Of a stretch of 64,000 nucleotides of DNA, positions 9,409 through 23,100 are shown one piece after another. The translations under genes and the position numbers were made by a program. Origin of the DNA: Lingula anatina (Eukaryota; Animalia; Brachiopoda); NCBI GenBank assembly GCA_051362555.1, contig CM120641.1, forward strand, positions 48,986,401 to 49,050,400, given 5' to 3'. How positions within the stretch are numbered: the first letter of the stretch is position 1; each line of letters starts with the position of its first letter. The notes under the pieces were generated by a model. That model searched no databases. It was not told the origin of the DNA and saw only the letters and a list, made by a program, of their open reading frames with translations.

Positions 9409-10217
9409 CTACTGGGTTAACAGGGTCCCAGTACTTACAGCATTAGTATCAACTGTAGTCTGTATTGATTTACAGAATTAACAGTGTCAAAATGGTCAGT
9501 CTTTAATGCCAGTCATTCCATTATTTGGACTAGGTTTACACAACAGGATCAGAAATACTGTTGTAGACCTAGTGCATTATTAACAGAAGCAGGAATAATG
9601 AGTTTGCAATTCTCAATCACATCTACAAATTGTACATCATGGGGTCATCTTGTGATCCTGGGTTTAATCTGTTAATAGCACAATGCTTTATATATGAAGA
9701 GAATTGAACAAGGACAAAGATAAGTCAAGTGCCTAAGTGTTGATTACCAAGGAATGCTGACAGCGTGTACCAAAGAGTTTTGATATGTACTCAAACATGG
9801 TGCACTGACCAAAATTTAACTCATTTAAATAGTACATGGGATGGACTCAGTTTTGGTTATTTTTCCTTAACAGAGTAAAATGAAGAATGGCATTAGCTGG
9901 TACCTTTTTTTTCAGCAAACAAAGTAGGTGATTACTGGTGAGAAAATTGAGACTAAGAATAATTTATTTAGAAGAATATTAAGTGCTCAAGTGGCATGTC
10001 TTGTAAATTATCTGTGATAAAGTTTTTAATTTATTGAATTGTGTACATTGAGATATTTGTTTACGGTCAAATACAAACATGATTACCCAAACTGTTGTAT
10101 TGTCCTCACAGTTGCAATCAAGTCAGTTGTCTGACCAAATGGTTACAAGTACGTCGAGAGCAGCTGGATTGTTCCACACGTGATCTGTGTTTAACCAATG
10201 GTCTAGCTAGACATCAA

Positions 10218-10233
10218 CCACCAGATGGCAGCA
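10218..10233 (+). promoter_or_regulatory. Candidate CTCF site
   Basis: CCACCAGATGGCAGCA fits the CCASYAGRKGGCRS consensus and lies between the convergent 3' ends of ACOXL and DPF. Confidence 0.5.
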
Positions 10234-11407
10234 CTGAAACTGGAGAGCTGTTTCCTATGGGTGAACTACATCCATGAACAAGTCACAGTGACCTGTGCTA
10301 CAATAACAACCACCCTTTCAGTCTTAACAATGACAACAAGCTTTATTGTCTACACAGTATACAGAGTGTATCTTCCTACACTTACCCAGGCTCTTGCCCA
10401 ATAGGAGAGATTATGAACAATAATTTGGATGTAGAAATAAACGTAGCAATATTCACTAGAAAATTTTTCAGAGAAATTGTAAATTGGTTAATTAAAACAT
10501 TCAGTTACACCAACAAATCTCCCATTCTTTGGGTTTGCTCATTATTAGAAATTTTGTTCATAATCTTGTGTACAATATTTTTCTCTCAAGTTTTTGGAAC
10601 TTGTTCAAATTCAAAGATTTACATTGCACAAAGCAATTACACATTTACAAAATATGGTGCACAAAATGATGGATGACTTATAAGTTGGGCATATTCTGTG
10701 GAGAACTAAAAGAACTATGACTACAGACTTTTTATACAAAACATGAAGCAGTAAAAAAAGTTACCCGATAAATGACCCCATGATTAAATGTTACAAAAGC
10801 TTATTTTAATGAGTATCTAATGACTGTAACATGAATACATAAACATTCATTTTGATTTCTTTGACTTAAAATGTTTAGATATAAACATTCACAGTGTGTT
10901 CTTACTACTCACTAACTGCTCAACATTACAAGTCTAGTATATAATATATACAGTACATTTTAATGATTAATTTTGGTAAATCTGAAGTAAGACTTCAGTT
11001 TGCAGTTGTCATATGTTATCCCAGATACAGATACAAGGCTGCGGTCCCTGGTTCCAGAGTTCTGTCAGAACACTCCCTAAATTGGAACAACCTCATACCT
11101 GCTAAAGCTGACTGGAAGCCATGTTTGTGGTTGCTGGGACAATAAGTTCATTGCTATCAGATTTCTACAGCACCATGATTGCTTTAAATTACTTCTAATA
11201 AAGTAAGAAAGTATAGAAAATAAATTTCATTTCTTCCCAGCCAGTCCCTATGGAAATATTTGATGTTGATTAATAAACCACAAAACATGATATTTTCAGA
11301 GTGCACCACTTCCTTAGCACAAAACAGTCCACAAGACATGGATTCTTGGTGTTTCAAAGTGACACTTGGCAGAAGACGCTATTTAAACTGTTCCGCTGTC
11401 ACTGTGA

Positions 11408-14400
11408 CTATCGTGGTGCAGCCATACAAGCAGGGGGTTTACCAGCATGGAACTCTTCAATACACAGGTGACAACTCCAGCTCCCTGGAATGAACACATA
11501 ACATTATCTCAGTGATTTATTTTAAACATAAGTATTTTAGAAGCAAATAAAGGTCATTTAGATTTGGGATTGTAAGCTGATTGTTCGTAATGATAGTGAA
11601 CTGATGTATTTCACTCGCTGAATGCACTATTTGTGTGGTATTTGTCATTTTATCTTAAATTTCTCAATACACAGCTTTCTTTTGTACTATTTCTACTCAG
11701 AAATGGTTTATCAATCTGATGGAAAACGTAATGCATGTGACTGCTGATTTAAAACATTGGTCTCTATAAGTTCTGTAAGATCTTAACATTCCATGCAAGT
11801 TTATTCTTCCATCTCCAACTAACCATGTCCACTAAAAATGAATGCCTATTGTTAATCCTTTCATACTGGCATTGCACTACCAGAAGAATTCTCATAATTT
11901 TTAAAAGTACATAAGTTTTGGCAATGTTGCTTACCCTCTGGAGGTTCAGATAGAGGGGGTGATAGGCAGTACATGTGATAGCCTCTGTCACAGTCGTCAC
12001 AAAACAGGAGTTGATCCTGGAATAATTAACAAATGAGATATACTATGAATAAGTAACATAAGAAAAAGAAAGTAATGATCAAATAAAAACATGAGCATTT
12101 AAACTTTGAAACGAAGCAAAAGTTTCCTCACTCAGAACAAATATTAAATTCAATTTCATTATTGAAACAAGTGGGACAGGACAACAACAGGACAGATACC
12201 AAAACAGATGAATAAAGAAGTCCTACACCACTACTACACTACTACTTACACCATTCAAGCCATTATAAAATCTGGGGAGTCTAAGCATAAAGTCTTATTT
12301 TCAAGTTATTGCTCAGTGCTTTAAAACTTTGTGTCTCAAGCACAAACACTTACATCATTATCAGATGTACCACATAAACCACAAACACTTACATCATTAT
12401 CAGATGTACCACATAAACCACAAACACTTACATCATTATCAGATGTACCACATAAACCACAAACACTTACATCATTATCAGATGTACCACATAAACCACA
12501 AACACTTACATCATTATCAGATGTACCACATAAACCACAAACACTTACATCATTATCAGATGTACCACATAAACCACAAACACTTACATCATTATCAGAT
12601 GTACCACATAAACCACAAACACTTACATCATTATCAGATGTACCACATAAACCACAGGACTTGCACTCTATACACTGCCAGGGATACTTCTTTACTGACA
12701 CTATCATATTCTCTGTAAACTGAAGACAGGTTGGATGGCCTGAAAGATTGAACAATCAAAATTGATCATCTTAGCTTTTGTCGAAGAAGACTTTTTTCTC
12801 AAATCCCTTAAAGTAATGTATGAAAGAAAGCTAAAGCATAAAACAAGTTGGTCTTAAGACCACAATAAAACTAAAACGTGAATTACATGTACATTTGATT
12901 ATTTCAATTTTTAATTTGACACTAATAACGCAACTAATGTTTTTCCTTTCTAAAGAAGGAAGTACATAACTTTTTGGGGGTATGAGACTGCCATTTGGTG
13001 AAAAAGCCAGAAAATATGGCAAAGGGTTCAGGGGCCACTTAGGCCAATGATATTTTTGGCTCCCAAAAAGTCAGAGATCTGCCGATAGTCGGAAAAATCT
13101 CATCCTTGCTTATCTCACAGCTGGCACTATAAACAATAGGATAATTTCACTTGTTTTTTTGCTTACACACATACAGGGGTTTATTATATCTCGGCTACAC
13201 CCTGATATATTTACGCTCCTGTATGTATTATAAAAGACATATGTCCCTAGACCAGTCTTCTTACCTGATCTGCCACAGTCGGCACACGATACCAGCTCCT
13301 CCGACACCTTGGTTTTCTTGTTGAACGTTTCATCGCCCAGACAGAAGTCACAGTAGTTGTTTGGGGAGTTCTTGTGGCGGCCAGATTTTGTACCTGACGG
13401 GGCAGTGCTAGTTCCAGCTGGAAGAAAACCAGGTCACAAAAATTTGAGTAAAACAAAAATAAACCATCTCAATAGCTTTTCAAGATGTTTCATGTCTAGG
13501 ATCACATATCCAACACCAAATATCTATGAAAATATAACATGTGGTTTGTTAAGCTTACCTTTCCAGTACACTTGTTTAAAAATTAATTTCTACTAGTTTA
13601 TTACCTTCAAACTGACATCACTGAATTATTGAAAGTTGCTATCAATTCAGTTGTATAAAAATACTTCATGCTTCACATTGTTATGGGCATAAAATTGGGC
13701 AAAAATCAAGCAAATATTGTAAGGCAACAAAGGTCAGCTTTATGTAAATCGGACAAGCTTTCTGAATGAAAACAAACATGATAAGAAGCAGATAAACAAT
13801 ATTGTATAGCAGTCTAACTTGTAAGTTATACCTCTACAAGCAAAACCCTATGTTATGCAGCTGTTTAGTTGTGTATATTAAGGTTATACATTATATTAGA
13901 AAAAAAAGGTATAATCCATAAGTTCCTGTTATAACTTTCATCAGTTGGCCAAAGTTTTCCAAATCTGTAAGAAGCCCATGATATTGCAAAGAAGTGAAAA
14001 TATTACAACTACTGAACAAATACATATAGTCTGTACCATGTCCTATATAAGAAATTAAAATAGAAGCGCATGTGCCTTTTATGTTATACTGTGGAAGTTT
14101 AGGGTGCCCAATGTCAAAATCATAAAAAAATGTTTGTACATAATAATAAAGACAAGAAAATATGGAAGTGTTTTGAATCATTGCTGCGCCTAAACCTCAT
14201 TAAATTTTACTAACATTCCTAACATGCAAGAAATGTACATTTTAGTGATGACACAAGACAATAACAACTATAATCATGAATAAAAAATGGACATAGACAA
14301 GAAAGTGTGTAAACAAGAGATGACAGGACTGAAATGATGTTGACAATGGAAATGACCTGACTGCACTTACTACTGTAAAACTGTCACTTAGCAGTCATCT

Positions 14401-17400
14401 AATGAACTCACATGGTTTCTGCAAATCCAGGTCCTTTTAAACAGTGGTAAATATTCAGTTTGTGAGAAATCAGTCAAATGCATGAAGCCATGACAGTCAG
14501 TAAATGATCACCAAAGATACCAACATGCAAAAAACTCCAAACTTGTAAAATATTTCTGTCAAATCAGTCATGTACAAATTTAGAATGAGAGTTATTTCAA
14601 ATTCATGATACAAAACTCTTGGCAAAGTATTTCTAAAAAATAACAGCCATGTACAACTGTGTAGTATCAGAGTAATTGGAAAAAGACGATTCCTGATACA
14701 AACACCCTGCACAATAAAATCCATTGAAAATAAAACCAATCATAACATTTGCCCAGACCAACTCATTCTATTTCAAGCAATTCAGTTACACCATCTGCTA
14801 ATATATGGCCATTAAAGATAGTTCTCATCGAGAAAACACATCACATTATTAAAAACAGACGGACTGAAACTGTAATATTTTTACAAATTGCATTTTCCAT
14901 GTTAGGAACCAACATAGCATTCTTTAAGGAGAGCCATTTACATCCACAGTTTAACCTGCATTAGACAAACTGCAGTTAGAAATAGAAAAAGCTTGAGAAA
15001 TAGTAGAATGAGTTAGAGTGACATGGCAACTCGCTGTTACTATCATATTGTGGAATCTTTTACAATGTGTGTGGAATTTTAACTGATATAACCTGTCTTG
15101 ATAAAATATAGGCTGTTATGGCTAGGACATTAACACCCCCACCCCCACCCCCAAAGGCAATGACATCCAAAGGCTGGATTTCAGTGACTATCCAACATTA
15201 ATGTACAGAAACCATGTGATTTTTTAGATGGTCCCTCAAAAAAGATGCACAAGTCTACAGTGCAATGCATAGAGACAAATCAACAGAAAGAAAGAGTGCA
15301 AATGTTTTGATATGCAATTAAGAAGCAAAAAGAAGGAATCGGTTCCCAAACATTTGTATTTTGGACATGCACAGCAGGAAGAGGAATATGAATTGAAATT
15401 GTTTATACTTTTGCTGATTTACACTAATAAGTCCAATGTTTAAAAAATATTTAAAGGGTTTTAATGATTTAAAATATGAGTAAATTGTCCTGAAATTCTG
15501 TGCGCAATTACATGTAATTACTTCAACAGTATAAGGTTGTCAATGCTTCTAGCAAAAATACAAATATACCATTTGATTTGGATTATAATTTCAAGGAGAG
15601 AAAATGTATTTTAGCTAAAACATTCAATATGATGGCAAAACATATACACATGTATATAGATGGACAGCATGCTTATTGTCTTCCATTTTACTTGAACTCC
15701 ATCCTACATTCTGCCTGAGTTCACATCAAGGTTTTCCCCCAGAAAGCCGCCCAGCCGTCATTAGGATGACCAATGGCCTTTAAAGATGGCCTATATTTTC
15801 AAAAAGATGGCTGTACGGCTTAAGAAATTTCTGGGAAATGATGGGTTGGGGAATTGGGTTGCTTAGGTTGAACTCCCTGTAAATTGGTGATAAAATTACA
15901 GATTCACCTACTGGACTTCCTGTGCCCCAAATCCTGGGGACCCCCCCCCCCCTCCCCCGTTCACATACACATATGCAATTAACTTCTGAAGCAAGGCATG
16001 CATGTAAAAAGCACATGATCAAAGCATTAAGAAAGCGCAGAAAAGAAGGCATAATATCCAAAGCACTGCAGTGGAGTATATAAAGTGATATAGGACTAAC
16101 GAGCAGTCTCTGTACCCTCATCATTGAATGACGAGCTCTTGGGCGACTGTGTGTGTTCGTCCTCCAAACTGCTGTTATGGAAGTGAGTCAGGTGATAGGT
16201 CAGTCCAGGCCGCGTCTTGTAACGCGCTGAACACACTGAAAATTCACAGGAGGCTTGTGTAGGTATAAAAATAATTGATTATGGACTGTTATCAAAAAAT
16301 AATGTCTCCCCACCACTTTTCTTTTTAATGACTTGTTGACATGCCAAGGTTTTTTAAATTTCGTGACATGACAGTTAACTTGACACCTTTATATAGTTTT
16401 ACTGACAACAATGTTTTCTACCTGTTTCTCACCCCTTCTGCACAAAAGTTGAAAAAATATTACATCAAAAATGTTTTTATTTATTACCTTCTCTTTTTAA
16501 TATACACTAATCACTAAAAACCATACAATGTGCAAAATTAAGAATTTGCTCTTTCAAAATCCAAGCTCTGGCTGGTCCAAATGTATAGCTTCTAAACAAC
16601 ATTCAAATGTCATGCACATGGTGATCTGAACAAATTACCAGAAATTAGAATGTAAATTTTCAATATCTAAATAAATTCAAATGGTTAAATCAAAAAGGAG
16701 AAGCTAAAATCTATACAAAAGATTAAAAAAAAACAAGACACTCAATGCATATGACAACAACTAGTATACTGCAGGACATAAAAGGCAAAGCTTGCTTACT
16801 GTCGCAAGAATATGGCTTTTCAACGTCATCATCCTTCATGGTCTCAGCGTGAGGTTTTCTGCCACGCCCTCTACCAGGCCCTCCTTTCTGCAAGTAAACA
16901 AAACCAAGGAGTTTAGATCAGTTATAGTACTGGATAAACAGAACTGACTAAAACCTGTCTCTAAGTACCATCTTGTTGGCCCACCCAGTACAGTTAAATC
17001 ACCATAGGAAACCAATTTCAAACCATGCTAGTTGCTTATATGAGAGCGGTGTTGTGTTATGCCAGCCACTTATATTGTAATTATGGAAAGGAAGACACTA
17101 AAAAGACAACCCCGCCGCCTCTGTCAAACTGATTGCTAGCAGATATAATACTAAACAAGTTGTAGTGTACTCAGAAAATACATCCCAAATTAAACAGAAA
17201 ACCTGCCAAAATTTCTGTTAGAATAAAAATAAGCAAGTACAAGATATTTCATCATACCTAATAAAAGAGTTATTCCTTTCTCATTTTAGATAGTTCAAAG
17301 AAATCTGAGAGACTGGATACAAATATGGTAGCAGGACAATTACTGGGGAGAGGGAGGAAGAGATTGCCTGGGAGGAAACTGTCCTAGAGTCACAAATACG

Positions 17401-19935
17401 ACATTTGTCAAACTCATTTTATTTGCTGAATTAATCAGATTCCTTTACTTCCTATAACAACAAAATCAAAAGCATTAAAAACCTTTTTCTTCTTCTTTTT
17501 CACATAGGTCTCTTCATAGTCACTATAATCAGATTGGTTGTCAATCTCTCCAGCATCTGGTGGTTCACTGATCTCCTCATAGTCATCATACCATGTCTCC
17601 TTCAGGGCAATGTCTGTAGACACAAAGTCAGAGCTGGCTGTATGCACATTGGAGCTAGAGTTCTCATCTTCATCTTTCCTGGCTGCTGGGTTCTCTATAG
17701 TACTGATCTGGTGCATATCTGGCAAATATAATAATTATAATAAATTATAAGTAACAGTCAGAGAGGACATATCATTCATCATTAATTCTACTTTATTTAA
17801 ATTTATGCTTTTTAATCAATCTTTCCTTTTCTTTTACTAGCGTTTTATTTTCTATTCTTTCTAGCCTTTTGTTTTCTATATTTTCTATTGTTAAGTCCAC
17901 TGAACATAATTGGACTTTAGACTCTAAATGCATATCATTATCGCAACAAATCAACACGTGTACAATAATGAGCTCATCCAATCGACTGAAAAAAGAGTTA
18001 ACTGGAGGACCATGATTGTTGCTGCCTGCACCAGGCCTGACACACTGATGATGATTATTATACATGCTAGAAATCCTTACCATCTAAGACATAGATGCAA
18101 TTAGCCACTGAAGGCATAGGAAAACAGTTTGCCAGGGATTAAAGTTTTTCATATTAATAACAGCTTTATCTGTTTTAACTGTAAAACCCACCTGCTTCTC
18201 CAGTCTCTAAGTCTGTGACCTTGGTAATACTGATTTAACAATAAAACCCACCTGCTTCTCCAGTCTCTATGTCTGTGACCTTGGTAATACTGATTTAACA
18301 ATAAAACCCACCTGCTTCTCCAGTCTCTATGTCTGTGACCTTGGTAATACTGATTTAACAATAAAACCCACCTGCTTCTCCAGTCTCTATGTCTGTGACC
18401 TTGGTAATACTGATTTAACAATAAAACCCACCTGCTTCTCCAGTCTCTATGTCTGTGACCTTGGTAATACTGATTTAACAATAAAACCCACCTGCTTCTC
18501 CAGTCTCTATGTCTGTGACCTTGGTAATACTGATTTAACAATAAAACCCACCTGCTTCTCCAGTCTCTATGTCTGTGACCTTGGTAATACTGATTTAACA
18601 ATAAAACCCACCTGCTTCTCCAGTCTCTATGTCTGTGACCTTGGTAATACTGATTTAACAATAAAACCCACCTGCTTCTCCAGTCTCTATGTCTGTGACC
18701 TTGGTAATACTGATTTAACAATAAAACCTACCTGCTTCTCCAGTCTCTATGTCTGTGACCTTGGTAATACTGATTTAACAATAAAACCCACCTGCTTCTC
18801 CAGTCTCTATGTCTGTGGCCTTGGTAATACTGATTTCTTCCAGAGGCACAGCTCGCTTTTTCTTCCTCCACCGTTTGGCAGGGTATGAATAGATCTGGCC
18901 AGCACGGGTCCCTGAAATCACAGCATCACAGAGTTTTCATTATATCAAAATCATATTCAAATTATGAGATCTCAAGGCTCTTAATTCTTATAATTACATT
19001 GAAAATTTAAAAATCATTAAGCCCTGACAATTTCTCTTATATAATTTTAAAAGTTAAAGATGACATCTTCCACATTTTCTTGACTACACAGGCACCCTAC
19101 CTGGCATTCTCTGTCTGTAACTGACCCATAGATTACTACACAGGCACCTTACCTGGCATTCTCTGTCTCTAACTGACCTATAGATTACTACACAGGCACC
19201 TTACCTGGCATTCTCTGTCTGTAACTGACCCATAGATTACTACACAGGCACCCTACCTGGCATTCTCTGTCTGTAACTGACCCATAGATTACTATGTCTT
19301 TGTGCCACTGCAGTATTGGAGTCAACATATGGCAGTCGCATCTGACTTTCCAAATACAATCTGCTGTTGTAACTGGCAGCATTTTCTATGGCCTCCTTGT
19401 ACAACTGCTCTGGGGACAACGGAACCACAGGCAAACTGAAATACAACAAAACCATGTGAGGCGCATGTGGCATTGATGTGCAGGTTGCAATGCTGTATAC
19501 CGCACATTTATAATTTACATGCAGCATTGCAATATATGACTCTCTTTACTTTACAAGTCTTTACAGAGGCGTATGGCTTAAATGTGAAATGACACTGAAC
19601 GGCTGTTTCAGTTATCAAATTAGACAACATAAACAACAAACAACACCCCTAAAATGCATACTACTAACAATATAATGATATAGCAAATTGACTCAGAAAT
19701 AACTCATAATTGGATAAAAGATATTTTTATTCATGAGGTGATGAGTGGCATTGGGTATTCGGTGTTTCCCTTTAAAAATAGTCAAAATAAGAACAATTGA
19801 AAAACCCAACTGATCATGCTTATGGTATAATGTGAAAAACTCATACTTTTACCAATCACATGTCATGACTACAGCGAAAAACGAACATTAAAGACATCTA
19901 TACCTGGAACCTTTGTTTCGTGCAGGAGTAGCCAT
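11408..19935 (-). CDS. DPF2: d4-family zinc finger protein (requiem/ubi-d4, BAF45-like). Exons 19935-19904, 19435-19257, 18911-18792, 17718-17483, 16887-16800, 16235-16116, 13417-13265, 12739-12627, 12016-11935, 11484-11408
   Basis: Requiem N-domain ([15 protein letters not shown]...RLPYVD...[16 protein letters not shown]), a C2H2 finger ([17 protein letters not shown]) and a double PHD (YCDFCLG...[15 protein letters not shown]...WQCIECKSC...[18 protein letters not shown]...WSCHLC). Which DPF1/2/3 paralog it matches cannot be resolved. Confidence 0.93.
12341..12655 (-). repeat. 39-bp x8 perfect tandem array spanning the DPF PHD2 exon donor
   Basis: Unit GTTTATGTGGTACATCTGATAATGAT|GTAAGTGTTTGTG, open in the exon frame ([13 protein letters not shown])n. 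Confidence 0.95.
18183..18836 (-). repeat. 60-bp x11 tandem array spanning the DPF exon 3 donor
   Basis: Unit is the exon end ...GGAGAAGCAG plus GTGGGTTTTATTGTT. One copy has GTAGGT. Confidence 0.95.
19083..19293 (-). repeat. 52-bp x4 tandem array spanning the DPF exon 2 donor
   Basis: Unit AGTAATCTATGGGTCAGTTACAGACAGAGAATGCCAG|GTARGGTGCCTGTGT. Confidence 0.93.
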
Positions 19936-20099
19936 ATTTGCAAGATAGTCTAATGATCAAGACAGTGTTTCAAATATCTGCCATTAGAATACTGATTTTG
20001 TCTATGTATAATTATGAATGTATATTTGAAGGATTTTTTGGGGAAAATTGGCAACTTCTTTTTTTATATTAACCGCAATCATCATACATTATCTTGTTT

Positions 20100-20165
20100 A
20101 GTAGTGCCACCTCGCGTCACAAGGTTCTTCTCGCGAGACTCGAGCAGCGCGATATTTCATTCTGC
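20100..20165. promoter_or_regulatory. Probable bidirectional promoter core with a TCTCGCGAGA palindrome (20129-20138)
   Basis: CpG cluster in CpG-poor DNA, about 200 bp upstream of the DPF ATG, with plus-strand donor-like sites at 20281 and 20460. Confidence 0.6.
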
Positions 20166-23100
20166 TACCCAAACAATGAGACATGTTCGTTGAGTTTTAT
20201 GTCAAACAAACTTTTTAAAGGCAATTGGATTATTCTGCAATTGAAGTAACGGGAAAAAATAAGGAACGGAATTATATCAAGGTTTGTATTTTATTTAAAC
20301 ATGAATTTGATGTTAGATTTACTCTGGGCATATTTTGGGTGAAATTTGATCTGTGAAACAGGTTGATAGAAAACCGACTACTGCTGCTCCAGAACAACGT
20401 ACACACACAGTGCTACGTTGTAGTTTAACAGCTGAGCTTGGCGTTATGTCACAGGATGAGGTACTTATATATACTGACTGTCATGAAATCCTTACACGGT
20501 AGAAATGATTGAGATCTTCATGTCAGTTGTCATTGTCTTTTTTTTTATGGCTGAATACAGGGTATATTTCAAATTAAAAATTAAATTTATTTTGAATTGA
20601 TTTAAATTGATAATTGCAGCCATTATATTACATAAATGATGTTTCATTGAGGTAATAAATTTCCCTTGAGAAAACAACAGATTGTGGTATTTTCCCCAAA
20701 GGACCACTTACAAATTTGAACATATTGGCTTTTTTTTGGGTCAATGTGATATATTGAAGGGGAGCATTTTTCTACTTTTGAATGGGGAAAAAACAGAATG
20801 CAAAATTTTCTGGTGCACATTTCATCAAATGAAACATGATAAATAAAACTCTTAAAGAAGCAATTTCTGAATTCCTAAACATTTTAAACAGTGCGGAATG
20901 TATAGTATGTAAAAATAAATTATAGAGTCGCGTACATATCTGATTAAAATTGGATGTGGATTATTCTCAATATTATAATTTCAATTTTCAAGTGGTGCTT
21001 AATGATAATACTTTACCTTTTGTTTATTATTTTTAATCATTTAATTGGCAGAAAGGAATAATAATGATAATAGAAATTTAATAGTAATAATTGATAAAGA
21101 AAAATTAAAAATGTGTGAGGATAATTTTAAAAAAATGTAATGGTATTTTAACAATTTAGCACTGATTTGATGTAATTGCAGTAAATGATTGAGGTTAATT
21201 GAGAGAGTCTGGGTGGTTAGAGTTTTAGTAGAAATCGGGTTTTAAATGCTGAAGTGAAAAGGTTGCTGTCTTATGAATAAAGCCGACTATCATATTTTAA
21301 TGCTAAATTCTAGAAAAATTATGAAAAACTTGAAATGGAATAATAGAAAAAATTACAAAATACATCAATGAACAAATTAAGTTGTTCATCCTAACAAGAA
21401 AAAATTAATGTTTCAGTATAGAAATAAACTGCCTTCTTCTGTTATCAATAATAAATTGAACAACATACTGGATCACATAGAAAGTGCAGTGCAGTCAAAG
21501 TAATGCAGAGTAATGGTGCAGACACCATGTGTTGGCAGTCAAAGAAGAACAGCAAAAAATAATGGTAGCCCAGTTCTAAGGAAGCTAAGAAATTCACCTT
21601 TGCAAGGCATGCGTGAAGACCTAAGTTCAGGAATATGTTCCTCAGACCAAAGCTGGTGGTACTATATAGAACCTGTACATTAAGATGTGATGTTCTAACA
21701 CTTACCTGCCCTCCATGTTAGTGCCTTGCCCTCCTTGCTGTACCTCTCCAGTGTATACCCTGGCTATTTGCATAGGTATATTTGGTATTTAGCTTAGAAA
21801 TTGTCTTCACAACTTAGGGATGGGAGGTTGCATAAACCTTGTAAAGAAGAGATTAGCTGGTGGCTCTAACTTGACCCCTAGTTTGCCTGGTTTTCTGTCT
21901 CCCTCATTCTGTGTGCCAGTGCCAGTCCCAGCTGAAACCTGCCAGCAAGCTGTATTGAACACTTGAGATATGAACTAGTCAAAGGTCTGTGTAAAAACTC
22001 ATGAAATCCACATCCAAATGTGATTTTGTTGGTGACTGCATTAACCTTGAACATATAGTTTGAATTGGCTGGAGTAACTGGTGTAATTGGCTGCAGAGGA
22101 GACATAATAGGAAAGTTTGCCTGTATTCTAGAGGTAGACTGAAATCTAGGCTGTGAAACTCAGGGTGAACAGTTTAGGGTGTAGAGAGAGCCGAGCTGCG
22201 ACAAAACTAGGGTGTTTATTGCTCTTGTTTAACTTAATAAACATTCCCAACATCACCTGCCTTGGTTTTATAACAGAATTTGCTGGCTGCTATAATGGAA
22301 TTACTCCAAGAGAAAATCTGATTTAAGCTTCTCCTAAATTGTTTCAGTGGAGAGAGTGTCAAGAAGGGACCTTGGTGTAAAGGGGATTTCCAGCTCTGTA
22401 GAGCATTGGAAGTTTACAATTAAGGAGACACTGTAGCTCATTATCTACTTGCCAGAATAATAGGACTTCTTGAAAAAACAAAAAATAAATTTTAGGAAAT
22501 AAAAGAATGTTTTCATCCAGCGATGTACTATATTTGTTATTCTTGCAAAGGAGGAAGAAAATTGCATTATATTTTAAATACCTCTGACACTTAGTTTATA
22601 ATAACTAAATACATAAATTACATAATTGCCATAAGTCATTTTGTCAGCAAGATTTTCTTGAAGACATAATCTGCCTTCTAAAAAACCTCCAACCAAGTAA
22701 TGTACTAATTCCCTGGGATGCTTAGTTCAGGTAGCTGGAATGTTCGCTAAAATTCAGGTAACTTGCAGATATTAACGGACATTTTCTTTGTTTATTTTAT
22801 TCATTAACGTCCCATTACCTGTTTGAGTCAACAAGCCTAGAGCAGCGGTAAATTCAGTAGTTTCTCCCACGTTGACAGTAAGTGGCTGCAGTCATAAGCC
22901 ATAGGACAACAGCTAAACCTAATTCTTACTGCTTCACTTCACAGTCTGAAAAGAGGGGCTACTGACACTTTGTGCAAAGAATTTTGTATGCGTTATGCAG
23001 GTAAAAGGTTTTCAGTTATTCGGTCAGAGTTTATTATCAGAGAGTGGTATTAATTTCATGAGTAAATGTAGAATGAAGTGTTCATATTTATATTGTACTG

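Noticed and set aside
12329-12723. Plus-strand repetitive ORFs
   Set aside because: They are antisense readings of the 39-bp array.
15690-15780. Possible alternative DPF exon
   Set aside because: In the required phase it stops after five codons, and the acceptor is weak.
18149-18721. 190-aa repetitive ORF and CRISPR-like regularity
   Set aside because: It is a by-product of a 60-bp head-to-tail repeat, with no unique spacers and no cas genes, in a eukaryotic intron.
21500-22440. Possibly decayed retroelement coding sequence on the minus strand
   Set aside because: It is slightly GC-richer and has a CAGGTAAGT, but no sustained ORF or diagnostic motif could be read.
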